This document shows, in pieces, positions 13,770 to 26,576 of a DNA stretch of 64,000 nucleotides. The position numbers were made by a program, and so were the translations under genes. The notes under the pieces were generated by a model. The model ran no database searches. It was not told where the DNA came from and saw only the letters and a list, made by a program, of their open reading frames with translations. The DNA is from Eledone cirrhosa (lineage: Eukaryota). The stretch lies in contig OZ024744.1 in assembly GCA_964016885.1 (NCBI GenBank), positions 111,848,001 through 111,912,000 on the forward strand, given 5' to 3'. Numbering within the stretch: the stretch's first letter is position 1; every line of letters starts with the position of its first letter.

Positions 13770-13960
13770 GTTCCACACAGTAAACGTGTTTGGTGTTAAG
13801 AAGGGCATCCAGCTGTAAAGTACCCAACCAAATTTACAGTCCTCACTGGAGCAAGGTGCAACACATGGCCAACCCTGGCCAGACTTGCCTCCCAGCATGG
13901 ACGACAGCCTAACCCATGCAAGCATGGAAAAATGTACGTTAATTGATGATGATGATGATG
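13770..13960 (+). mobile_element. RTE-type 3' tail fragment
   Basis: aagggcatccagctgt...aacccatgcaagcatggaaaaatgtacgttaa(tga)n. Confidence 0.7.
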
Positions 13961-14113
13961 ATAATATATATATATATATGTAAAATCCTGACTGCGACGC
14001 CAAGCCAATTCGGGATTTTACATATCTTTACACCCATTCTGCATCTCCCCATGCAATGAGTACTCCCATGATCTTAAGTCTTGCAGACACTATACATACA
14101 TTGCAAACACTAT

Positions 14114-14256
<143 letters not shown>

Positions 14257-14550
14257 GGAGGCATATGGCTTAGTGGTTAGAGCATTGGCCTTGCAATCGA
14301 AAGGTTGTGAGTTCAATTCTCAGACCGGGTGATGTGTTGTTTCCTTGAGCAAGACACTTTATTTCACATTGCTCCAGTTTACTCAAAGTGGACGTGGAGG
14401 TGCCACGGCAAAAAAGCACCCAGCACTCACTGTAAATGAGGTTGGTGTTAGGAAGGGCATCCAGCTGTAGAAATCAAGCCAGAATCAGTTCCCGTCCCAC
14501 CCTTGGAAGCAGGGAAAAGTGGACGTAAAATGAAATGAAATGAAAATGAT
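14257..14550 (+). mobile_element. tRNA-derived SINE with internal deletion
   Basis: Same A/B boxes and tail as 8514-8860; lacks ~45 bp of the middle. Confidence 0.9.
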
Positions 14551-15157
14551 ATATATATATTAATTATTAAAATAACAGATTAAAGTTTAAGCAAAGAATC
14601 GCTGCTTTCACCCTTAACGGGATCATCTGAAACTAAAAAAGTCAAATAGTGAACACAAAAGTAAATATTTTGAAAAATGTTGCAACCGAAGGAAGACAGG
14701 AAGACGATATTTTGGTTCGTGGAGACGTTTCCTGGCAATGAACGAAAAAAACCGAAGATAATACGTCATTATGTGGAGCGTTGAGAACAATTACATGCAA
14801 AGACAAAACCATGTTTATGGTATAAATAAAGTCATAGACTAAATTTGCTCTACATCAGAATGAACGATTTCAGACATTTGTGTTGAACTCGTCTGTCTTC
14901 GTGAAACCTTTGGTAAATGGAATAATTGTCTTATGTTGTTTATTATATATATATATATATATATAATAATGAAATGACAGGAGGCTGGATGGTCTATTCC
15001 GTATGTCATTTCATTATAATATTTAACTCCGTAATAGCACCACCAACTACAAAAACAAAGACGGTTGAACTGCCTTACGTTGAGTACTCTCTATATTATT
15101 GCATTACGATTGACCATACGGAATAGACCAGCTCTATACAGTGGTGAACCTCAAACC

Positions 15158-15198
<41 letters not shown>

Positions 15199-15257
15199 CA
15201 AGGCTCTGATACCATCAACAGTATAAACACAGAGCTGGCATATCTAAGAACTGACTA

Positions 15258-15313
15258 ACTGCCTGATGAGGTCATAGCCATTCAATGGTTATCATCGAAA
15301 TATATATAGCAGT
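15258..15313 (+). ncRNA. Type I hammerhead ribozyme (minimal stem III)
   Basis: actgc CTGATGA [ggt-c-atagccat/atggttat-c-atc] GAAA tatata TA gcagt; stem I 5 bp, AUA site. Confidence 0.8.
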
Positions 15314-15354
15314 AAATAAAGGATTATGAGTTCATGCAATTGACTTATGTTTTG

Positions 15355-15416
<62 letters not shown>

Positions 15417-15469
15417 CTATGAAGTTATCTCTTGTATGTAATTACTCTTGAAACTTTCAACATTATATA

Positions 15470-15558
15470 AATTAGTGAAGAGATGTAGAGTGACGGCGAG
15501 ATGCCTCGTGTATATCGTGCTATGGCCAACCGCTATACATTGAAACATATGTAGAATT
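15470..15558 (+). ncRNA. Degenerate hammerhead (GTGAAGA core)
   Basis: aatta GTGAAGA gatgta...tacatt GAAAC atat GTA gaatt. Confidence 0.5.
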
Positions 15559-15651
15559 AAAATTATGTATTAAGCATAACTTGGTTATACTCTCTCCATA
15601 TATATTGAGTGTGAAACCGAGACTGCACAAGCATGTATAATTATATACACA

Positions 15652-16242
15652 TCTATATATATAAAACTGTGGTTGTCTGTCTGTCTATCGATTTTTGGCA
15701 CACATCTCCTCTTAGAATCTCTCACGGAATTGCACCGAAATTGCTATACTTGTACATTGAGCCCTAGCGAAGACATCGGAAAAAAAATATTTCAAATTGA
15801 CCCGCCCTATCTGACGAAATCGGATATAATGTATCGATTTTTGAGCGTAAGTGATCAGTTATTTCCCTTTGTTCTGTTTACATTGAGCGTCTGCTTGCAA
15901 AAATTAAAAAAATTACGCTGGCTTTCTCAGCGTTTAAAATGACATTAATTCATCAGTTCGAACACTAAGCTTCCGTTTTGCTTCATTTCCATTTAAAAGC
16001 CTTTTAAAACAATATTTTTACTTGAAAACAAGTCTATTTAAAGACTACGTAAAACAAGCAAATATTTCGTAAAAAAAAGCAAAAATTATATAAGTTTATT
16101 TAAAATATATGTATCTGTAAATTTCGTTAGGCGTGCAGACAGACAGTCGAGCAGACAGACTTTAAGCCAAAAAAGAAACTTAACATTGTAACTTTAACAC
16201 AGCTACTGAGCGACCCCGAGCAACGCCGGGCTTTACTGCTAG
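15652..16242 (+). mobile_element. Non-autonomous Helitron
   Basis: A|TCTATATATATAAAA start; cccg-agcaacgc-cggg hairpin just before CTAG|T end. Confidence 0.9.
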
Positions 16243-17067
16243 TATCTAATATATTGATATGTAAACATGCCTGAATATACGAATTTCCCTCTAAATTGAA
16301 AAAAAAAAAAAAAAATGATAAACGGTTTCAGCAGTATTAAATGCAGTTATAAGCAGCTGTGAGTCTCTCAAGTAATATATAGATAAAGGATATCTTTAAA
16401 AGACAGCCATTGTTATTAAACCATTAGTGGTAGAAGACAATCTAATTTGCAATCTGTTGGTAGGTGTAGGGTAGAATGGAATTAGGGCGAGGTCAAATAA
16501 AATAATGTGTGTCAGGAAATATAATTATATTCCAGAATCATCAAATGTGAACATTCTAATTCAAAAGCCGTTTGTTTATTTTTGTTTTTTTGTCTAACTT
16601 TTGTTTTATATTTGAATCAGGTCAATGTGTTTATCTTTTGTTATTTTCAATCGTTCCCAAACCAGTCTTTAGAAATCTATTGAAAAGTTGTCTCCCTTGA
16701 GCCCCCCCTTTCCCATGGCTATTAACTAAAACAATGACTGTCACTCCTGCCTGGCCCACTCACACTTCCTCCTTTCACTGCTACTCAACATACAACTGAC
16801 ATTTATATAGTGAAATCAATACTTTTTCGATATTTCATTTATTTATTTATTTATTTATTTATTTATATATATATTATTTTTTTTTTTGTTCAGCAACAAA
16901 AAGCAATAAAAATCCTAAACACTCCCAGCCCTACCTTAAGACTAAGGGTGGGGTGGGGTAGTAGTGATTGATTGTCATTACTGTTCAACCAAGCTTCCTA
17001 AAAAAAAAGTAATACAACAGTACCATCCTGTGGAATTAACCTTCCAATACACATATGTATGTGTGTC

Positions 17068-17117
<50 letters not shown>

Positions 17118-17737
17118 AAATTTTGAGTATTGGATATTTGACTTTGTATCACAAATCAGATTTTATTTGCTTGTATATGTGTATATATGCATGAACCTCG
17201 TTAAGTATATATACAGATATGCTATGAGGTTGGTTGAGTTCTTCGTTTTGTCGTGAATTCCTTTGTTTGAATTCAACTACCAAAATCACATGTTATGGTC
17301 TGTGAGAAATTCTTCCTCTTTTCATTAGAAGCGAAGTGGGGGACTGCCTGATCTTTTAAATAGCTTATCCAGTAGTGAAGACTAACTCACACTGCACAGA
17401 ACCTTATCGTATAACGTTGGACAATTCTTGCTGAAGAGTGTAATAGCCCAATTACGTAAATATCCACTGATTTTACGGGATTTTCTGACATTGCAGAAAT
17501 AAAATCTGCAGTGGTAAAGTTATATTATACAGAAACAATTGTTCAGGAGAGATATTTACACCCATCTCTAACTAAACACAGCCAACTGTCTACAGTAAAC
17601 TAAATGTGTGCACTCTAAACAGTTGATTGCAGCTGTATAACTGCAATTCGCCATATTCATTGAGTGAGCTAGACACTGGCTGGAGGACGCTGTATTCATA
17701 CTAGCGATCTTCGTTACTTTTGTTATATACACAAACA

Positions 17738-18272
17738 CATAATACTGACCTCAGGTAAATATAAATAAATAAATATACACAGGTACAATAGCAACAACCA
17801 CACATAAACACACACTAGTGAACACAGATAGAATACAAACACACACAGACTCGGACACGAACACACACACCAAACAGAAAACAAACACACAAACAGAGTC
17901 AGAGACAAGAATAAATAAATAAATAAAAATGGCGTAGACATTACAATACAACGGGAGGAAACAATAGTACCACTGATGATGTCACAGATGTGTGATGAAA
18001 GAACTTTGATAGACTATATATATATATATTTACCATTTTGACGCTATAGTCACTTATATATTATGAAATACTGTTGGCTTCTTGCTCACATTAATTTCTC
18101 TATTTTCATTTATATATATATATATATATATATCCAAAATTAAGATAAATTAAATTAAATTAAATTAAATTAAATTAAATTAAGGGTGTCATGCCGGATA
18201 GACATGCGTCATATCACCCGTAAAATATGCTCCAAGATTCTAATGAATAGATCCGAGCATTTTATATCAACT

Positions 18273-18306
<34 letters not shown>

Positions 18307-18702
18307 GAAGGAAATGTGGTAAGGAACCAGATGGACCATATCGCACCAAAGTACTCAATACTTAGGGTGGTAGAGTGGGTAATAGGAACGAGTAGGACCC
18401 CGACGGCTGAGCTCAAGCCGTTTCAACGGCTAATTCTGGACTGAATTAGCTAGTCCAGAATTAGCCGTCGAAACGGCTTGAGCTCAGCCGTCGGGGTCCT
18501 ACTCGTTCCTATACATATATATATTTATATCTGTATTTTTAACCGTTGGTCAATCAATGATAAACATTGATTGCCATATAAATTAACTATGGAGATATAA
18601 AATATACAGAAGCGAACACCAATCTAAACCAAACAGTGAGTGTGTTTTATTATTATTTCAGGCACTATTATAACTATATGACCCCCCCAAATATAACAAT
18701 AT
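17738..18702 (+). mobile_element. Penelope-like 3' UTR/pseudo-LTR copy split by an insertion (~18030-18515)
   Basis: Both pieces match the reverse complement of 62215-62700, which adjoins the GIY-YIG ORF end. Confidence 0.75.
18382..18512. repeat. ~60-bp-arm inverted repeat containing the 3' half of a hammerhead
   Basis: Arms 18382-18442 and 18452-18512; GAAAC ggct...agcc GTC present, CUGANGA absent. Confidence 0.85.
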
Positions 18703-18993
18703 ATATATAACCATGTTGCTTGTTTTTTCCTATCTTTGCGTTGTTATCAATCCTTCTATGTTTGTTTACTTGTCTCGCCCGCTTTACGCGATTTACTTTT
18801 CCCAATAGCTTTTTTTAGTTATTGCTCGCACCAACCTGAGGTATATGATTTTTAAAGCGATGAAATACCAATGAAGGTTGGAAAATCACTGACGAAGGAC
18901 TATTTTTATCATATGTAACCCATGTGCAACCACGCAGTATTCTTTCTTCTCATGTTTTTATATATATATATATATATATACACACACATACAT

Positions 18994-19050
<57 letters not shown>

Positions 19051-19118
19051 TACACACACATATATATATATATACATATATATATATACACACACACACA
19101 TACACACATATATATATC

Positions 19119-19176
<58 letters not shown>

Positions 19177-19519
19177 CACACCCCTTTATAAGTTTTCTTT
19201 CTATGTAGCAGTATTGAAGACAGTAGTATGAAGGGGAGAAAACAATGAAATACCACAGGTTTATTCAAATCAACCCCCTCTGCCTCACCACACACTCTCT
19301 CTCTCTCAAACAAAAGAGCCTAGATAAGTAAGAATTTAATATCAGTATCAGCAAAGCTTTTGACCTTGTGGTCAGCCTGTGGGAGAACCTCCCAGGGCTA
19401 AACTGTCCACTTATAGACTAACTTAACTATATTCTCTCCCTCCTCTTCTCACCATTTATTTATTCTTGGATGAGAAAAGTTTCCAGTCACATCACACATC
19501 ATGGATCGCTGCCTGCCTA

Positions 19520-19521
19520 CC

Positions 19522-19556
<35 letters not shown>

Positions 19557-20450
19557 TTCCTTCTCTCTCTCTCTCTCCCTTCGCTCTCGCTTTCTCTTTC
19601 TTTCTCTCTCTCTCTCTCTCCCTTCGCTCTCGCTTTCTCTTTCTCTCTCTCTCTCTCTCCCTTCGCTCTCGCTTTCTCTTTCTTTCTCTCTCTCTCTCTC
19701 TCCCTTCGCTCTCTCTTTCTCTTTCTCTCTCTCTCTCTTCGCTCTCTCTTTCTCTTTCTCTCTCTCTCTTCGCTCTCTCTTTCTCTTTCTCTCTCTCTCT
19801 CTCTCTCCCTTTGCTCTCACTTTCTCTTTCTCTCTCTCTCTCTCTCTCCCTTCGCTCTCTCTTTCTCTCTCTCTCTCTCCCTTCGCTCTCTCTTTCTCTT
19901 TCTCTCTCTCTCCCTTCGCTCTCTCTTTCTCTTTCTCTCTCTCTCTCACACACTCACACTCACACTCACACACACACACACAGTCATCATTCTGTCTCTC
20001 CCCTCCATCCACCCTCTCTCTCTCTCTCTCTCTGACATATAGACTCTTACTGCTTCCCCTACCAATGTTCAATTATGCACCCTCCCTCCAGCCAGGCAGG
20101 CAGTCTTCCTTTCTGTATGTTAACAACCTTATACTACCTTACACCTGTAACAAGGTGTCCCCCCTATACAGGGGGGACACCTCCTCCTTCTTCATGCTTC
20201 CTCCTTATACCTTCCACAAACACACCCACCCATCCATACAGCCCCCCCCATCAATCCATCTGCCCACCCATCCACCTGCCCACCCATCCATTTGCCCACC
20301 CACATATCCATCTACCCACAACCTACCCACCCATCTATCTGCCCACCCATCCACCCACCCACCCATCTACCCACCACCTACCCACCCATCTATCTGCTCG
20401 CCCACCCATCCACCTACCCACCCATTTACCCATCTTTCCACCCATCCAGC
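19520..20450. repeat. (GTCT)n, (CT)n/TTCGC compound microsatellite and CCCA-rich tract
   Basis: Direct inspection. Confidence 0.95.
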
Positions 20451-20834
20451 TATCCATGATTCCCAGACAACATCACATCAAACCTGCACTAACACCACCC
20501 AAAAATAAAGGAGACATTGGAAACAACAAACAGCCCACAGTTGGTGACAAGTTGACATAGCTAAGTCTCCTTCAATGGTGACAAGTTGACATAGCTAAGT
20601 CTCTGTCAGTGCTACAGTTGGGTGACAAGTTTGACATGGCTAGTTGACAATGCTGACAAAGCCACCATCATTACAATATAGGCGTGAACTACAGAAATGG
20701 ATGTTTTGGTTAAGGAGTTTCTTTCACAACTTCATTGGTTTGTGGCTCAGTCCCACTGTGTGGCACCTTGGACACTAATAAATTAGTAGTGTCACATCAC
20801 TGAAGACTGTGTCTTTGGATTAACATGTATCTCA

Positions 20835-23250
20835 CATGTGATCAACCCTGTCAAAGGCCTTGCTGAAATGAATGTATATGACATCAGTGTTGGAGCCGTC
20901 TCCCAAAGCTTTCAAAATCAAAATATCATCAAAGTGATGCAGGAGCTGCGTTAGGCAGTCCCTTCCATTACGGAACCCATGTTGGTTGGAGTTCAGCAGG
21001 CCGTTGCTTTCGAGAAAATGGGTTATTCGTGATCTCACCACCCTCTCAAATACCTTGATAATATGAGAGGTGAGTGAGATCGGACGGTAGTTCACTGCAA
21101 GGGACTTGTTTCCCTTTTTGGAAACTGGGTCAACAGACTGGGGTAGGTTTTCAGGTATATTGCTAGCGTCCAGTGAGTTTTGGGACAACAGACTGGGGTG
21201 GAAAGTTTTCAGGTATATTGCTAGCGTCCAGTGAGTTTTGGGACAACAGACTGGGGTGGAAGGTTTTCAGGTATATTGCTAGCGTCCAGTGAGTTTTGGG
21301 ACAACAGACTGGGGTGGAAGGTTTTCAGGTATATTGCTAGCGTCCAGTGAGTTTTGGGACAACAGACTGGGGTGGAAGGTTTTCAGGTATATTGCTAGCG
21401 TCCAGTGATGTTCTGGGACAACAGACTGGGGTGGAAGGTTTTCAGGTATATTGCTAGCGTCCAGTGATGTTCTGGGACAACAGACTGGGGTGGAAAGTTT
21501 TCAGGTATATTGCTAGCGTCCAGTGATGTTCTGGGACAACAGACTGGGGTGGAAGGTTTTCAGGTATATTGCTAGCGTCCAGTGATGTTCTGGGACAACA
21601 GACTGGGGTGGAAAGTTTTCAGGTATATTGCTAGCGTCCAGTGAGTTCTGGGACAACAGACTGGGGTGGAAAGTTTTCAGGTATATTGCTAGCGTCCAGT
21701 GAGTTCTGGGACAACAGACTAGGGTGGAAAGTTTTCAGGTATATTGCTAGCGTCCAGTGAGTTCTGGGACAACAGACTGGCGTAGAAGGTTTTCAGGTAT
21801 ATTGCTAGCGTCCAGTGATGTTCTGGGACAACAGACTGGGGTGGAAAGTTTTCAGGTATATTGCTAGCGTCCAGTGAGTTCTGGGACAACAGACTGGGGT
21901 AGAAGGTTTTCAGGTATATTGCTAGCGTCCAGTGAGTTCTGGGACAACAGACTGGGGTAGAAAGTTTTCAGGTATATTGCCAGCGTCCAGTGATGTTCTG
22001 GGACAACAGACTGGGGTAGAAAGTTTTCAGGTATATTGCCAGCGTCCAGTGATGTTCTGGGACAACAGACTGGGGTAGAAAGTTTTCAGGTATATTGCTA
22101 GCGTCCAGTGAGTTCTGGGACAACAGACTGGGGTGGAAGGTTTTCAGGTATATTGCTAGCGTCCAGTGAGTTCTGGGACAACAGACTGGCGTAGAAGGTT
22201 TTCAGGTATATTGCTAGCGTCCAGTGATGTTCTGGAACAACAGACTGGGGTGGAAAGTTTTCAGGTATATTGCTAGCGTCCAGTGAAGTTCTGGGACAAC
22301 AGACTGGCGTAGAAGGTTTTCAGGTATATTGCTAGCGTCCAGTGATGTTCTGGGACAACAGACTGGGATAGAAGGTTTTCAGGTATATTGCTAGCGTCCA
22401 GTGAGTTCTGGGACAACAGACTAGGGTAGAAGGTTTTCAGGTATATTGCTAGCGTCCAGTGAGTTCTGGGACAACAGACTGGCGTAGAAGGTTTTCAGGT
22501 ATATTGCTAGCGTCCAGTGATGTTCTGGGACAACAGACTGGGGTGGAAGGTTTTCAGGTATATTGCTAGCGTCCAGTGAGTTCTGGGACAACAGACTGGG
22601 GTGGAAGGTTTTCAGGTATATTGCTAGCGTCCAGTGAGTTCTGGGACAACAGACTGGGGTGGAAGGTTTTCAGGTATATTGCTAGCGTCCAGTGAGTTCT
22701 GGGATAACAGACTGGGGTAGAAGGTTTTCAGGTATATTGCTAGCGTCCAGTGAAGTTCTGGGACAACAGACTGGCGTAGAAGGTTTTCAGGTATATTGCT
22801 AGCGTCCAGTGAGTTCTGGGACAACAGACTAGGGTAGAAGGTTTTCAGGTATATTGCTAGCGTCCAGTGAGTTCTGGGACAACAGACTGGCGTAGAAGGT
22901 TTTCAGGTATATTGCTAGCGTCCAGTGATGTTCTGGGACAACAGACTGGGGTGGAAGGTTTTCAGGTATATTGCTAGCGTCCAGTGAGTTCTGGGACAAC
23001 AGACTGGGGTGGAAGGTTTTCAGGTATATTGCTAGCGTCCAGTGAGTTCTGGGACAACAGACTGGGGTGGAAGGTTTTCAGGTATATTGCTAGCGTCCAG
23101 TGAGTTCTGGGATAACAGACTGGGGTAGAAGGTTTTCAGGTATATTGCTAGCGTCCAGTGATGTTCTGGGACAACAGACTGGGGTAGAAGGTTTTCAGGT
23201 ATATTGCTAGCGTCCAGTGAATTCCTCCATAGATTAGACAAAGAGGACAA
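20835..23250 (-). mobile_element. CR1-like LINE RT fragment interrupted by its own minisatellite
   Basis: KKGNKSLAVNYRPISLTSHIIKVFERVVR...QHGFRNGRDCLTQLL...FSKAFDRVDH; LSNLWRNSLD continues at 23215-23250. Confidence 0.85.
21125..23222. repeat. 59-60 bp minisatellite, ~35 copies
   Basis: Unit gggacaacagactggggtggaaggttttcaggtatattgctagcgtccagtgagttct. Confidence 0.98.
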
Positions 23251-23672
23251 AGATAACCATTAAGCTCAAAATGCATCGATGATTATCCCCCTTGCGTCTG
23301 CTGGACACCACTCGGTGGCGTTGACCACCAGTGTTCTATTCATAGTTGTGGCTTTCATTTATAAACATACCGTATATCGTTAGATATACGAAATTCACAT
23401 ACATATTTGAATACAGCTATGTCGAAGCTAAATTTTAATTCTATTTTAAGTTGAGCTAACTTATACAGCTTCGTATGCAAACGAGGCTAATTAACAGACG
23501 AAAAAAAAACTATATATTTTCGCCTGTTTCAAAGTTCAGCAATAGCAAGAGGGAAGCATCGTCCCGATGAGAATCCATTAAGTTTGAAATGCATTACACC
23601 TATTTTTAAGCCTATATAGTTTTTGAGCTATTTCAAGTGTAATGTGACTGGAATAGTTTTATTTTAGTCTAT

Positions 23673-23708
<36 letters not shown>

Positions 23709-23814
23709 CCTGTGTGTGTGTGTGTGTGTGTATCCCAGGTTCAATCGGGGGTAAACACAGTAAGTAAGCTACTCTCAATACATAGCAGAGTATAAATATT
23801 CAATATAGAAATGT

Positions 23815-23861
23815 CTTCTACAGGACTAGAACTGTTTCATTTGAAGGAAATCATCAGGAAA
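23815..23861 (-). ncRNA. Type I hammerhead ribozyme
   Basis: Reverse strand: tttc CTGATGA tttccttcaaat GAAACAG ttctagtc CTGTA gaag; stems I and II weak. Confidence 0.65.
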
Positions 23862-23983
23862 GGGCTTTCATTTCTATATCAAATACAAATCAAGCACTCT
23901 ATGCGTAGGCAGAGTGTATATATATTAGAAAAAAAACAAGGAAGTTTCGTTTACATATAAAAAAAATACTTATTGTGTATTGA

Positions 23984-24073
23984 CCTGTTACACGTGTTTC
24001 ACAGAGGATTGACTCAAGGTAACCCATAGGAGTTATGTACCCGACTCCAGTATCGATCTGCTCGTCAGACTGG
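23984..24073 (-). ncRNA. Type I hammerhead ribozyme
   Basis: Reverse strand: ccagt CTGACGA gcaga...tctgt GAAAC acgt GTA acagg; palindromic stem III. Confidence 0.8.
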
Positions 24074-24889
24074 TGATGTGACAAAAAAAAATACTTCCTC
24101 GTTTTTTTCTATTCTTGTTTTTTTCTATTCTTGTTTTTTTCTATTCTTTTGTATGTTTACATTACTGGCAACTGTTTACATTTGAATATGAACAATGTCA
24201 GTATTGGAAAAACTGCTCAAATAAACATCAAGTACAACCACTATTTTACATAAACAATTAAATGAACAAAATTGAGTTATGTATTCTAACAGAATAGATA
24301 TAAAATGTTCTTTCAAGAAAACTACACATCCATATATATACGTGTGTGTATATATATACATATATATACACATGTATATATATATGAAAGTTTTAAAAAG
24401 TTAAAAAAAGGAAAACCATTTATATATATATTACATTGTACATACACACACATATACACACATATACACACATATATATGTTCTATTATAATGAAAACAC
24501 AAATACTTATTTAAGCAAACATTATTCAGAGTAAAATATATAGATTTTAATCCTACACAGATGAACATATACATACATACATATAAATAAATATGTAAAT
24601 ACATACGTCCACATATATATAACTAAACATCTACATTTAAATATCTATAAAAAAATATACTCACATAAAGCATATATATAACACCTACACATTTGCACAT
24701 ATATATATGCATACACATACATATACACACACATATATACACCCCTACACACACACAAATATATATACATAAACAAAACACTTATGGTACGTCTGTATAT
24801 TAATGTATATATACTCAAATAAATTTATACATATAGGTGTAGATATTCGTAAACTAATTAATATAAATATACTGAAAATAATTTATTCT

Positions 24890-26068
24890 ATAGAGTCAGA
24901 ACTGGATGGAAAAAGTTCAGAGAGCTTATACCACTATTAGCCGCTAAAGGGTTCTCCCTAAAAATGAAAGGCAGGTTGTATGATGCCTGCATACGAACAG
25001 CAATGTTGCATGGCAGTGAGACCTGGGCATTGTGTGCAGAGGATATACGCAGACTAGAGAGGAACGAAGCTTGCATGCTCCGCTGGATGTGTAATAGTAA
25101 TATACGTGAACGGCAAAGCATAAACGAACTAAGGGAAACATTAGAAATAAGAGGGATCAGATGTTGTTTACTCGAGAGAAGGCTACGTTGGTATGGTCAC
25201 GTGATGCGCATGAAAGACGACAGCTGTATAAAAAAGTGCAGGGCAATAAAGATAGACGGCAGCCACGTAGTAGGCAGACCCAGAAAAACCTGGGACGACC
25301 TGATAAATTCCGACCTCACACACTTACACCTCTCCAAGACAATGTCACTGGACCGAGATCTTTGGCGATACACAGTAATAGAGAAGACCCGCCTTACCTA
25401 AATACAAAGTAAAACCTACTACAGTCATCCACACCACCCCTTTCAATGTAACGTTATGTTGGTACCACAGCATCCAAGCCGAAACAAATGAGGTCGTGTA
25501 GGTGTCACGACAAAAAACACAGTCCACGCTGTAATGTGGCCGTGTAGGCAACACGGTAAAAACCTCCCAGTTACACACTGTAAATGTGGTTGGTGTTAGG
25601 AAGGGCATCCAGCCATAGAAAACCCGCCAGACAGTCCACGCTGTAATGTGGCCGTGTAGGTAACACGGTAAAAACCTCCCAGTTCCACACTGTAAATGTG
25701 GTTGGTGTTAGGAAGGGCATCCAGCCATAGAAAACCCGCCAGACAGTCCACGCTGTAATGTGGCTGTGTAGGCAACACAGTAAAAACCTCCCAGTTACAC
25801 ACTGTAAATGTGGTTGGTGTTAGGAAGGGCATCCAGCCATAGAAAACCCGCCAGACAGTCCACGCTGTAATGTGGCCGTGTAGGCAACACGGTAAAAACC
25901 TCCCAGACCCACACTGTAAACGTGGTTGGTGTTAGGAAGGCCATCCAGCTGTAGAAAACCCGCCAGACAGTCCTATGCGAGCAAGACAACCACTCTTGCC
26001 TCAAGTGGGAAAACTCCCGTCCAAACCCATGCAAGCGTGGAAGATGGACGTTAAATGATGATGATGAT
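24890..26068 (+). mobile_element. 5'-truncated RTE LINE with four 112-bp tandem units in the 3' UTR (25520-25968)
   Basis: ORF 24964-25401 almost identical to the C-terminus of 34329-35720; (gat)n tail. Confidence 0.92.
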
Positions 26069-26335
26069 ATATATATATTCAAGTAAAGAAACGTTGGTTG
26101 ATCAGTTAATTGAATGATTGTAGTGTAAGCAGATGTAAGCACTCCACAAAGTGGGTAACTTAAGGTTTTGGTGGCAATGCTATAAAGAAGAGAGACAGTT
26201 TATTTAAACATCCTCTGTTTATTATTTAATCCTGATATACATATTGGCTTCAAAATGTGCATAACAGTATTATATAAGATGTATACATAAAAATACACAA
26301 GATGTATACATAAAAATGTCTCTCTTTATAATATA

Positions 26336-26383
<48 letters not shown>

Positions 26384-26386
<3 letters not shown>

Positions 26387-26523
26387 TAGCTATCAAAATA
26401 AGAGAATGATAAATTAATTTATCATTATTTTTCTTATTTTACAAAATATTTCCATTAAAATTTAAAAAGATTTGAAAGAATATTCGTACTATATATATCT
26501 GTGTTGTATATATATATATGTGT

Positions 26524-26576
<53 letters not shown>

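Noticed and set aside
14257-14330. tRNA gene (TGC anticodon-like)
   Set aside because: No proper acceptor stem or terminator; continues into SINE body in three copies.
17428-17465. Partial HHR-like strings (also ~18889, ~20800, ~23565)
   Set aside because: Core or stems incomplete; not distinguishable from chance.
21125-23222. CRISPR-like regular array
   Set aside because: No unique spacers, no cas genes, eukaryotic context; unit derives from a LINE.
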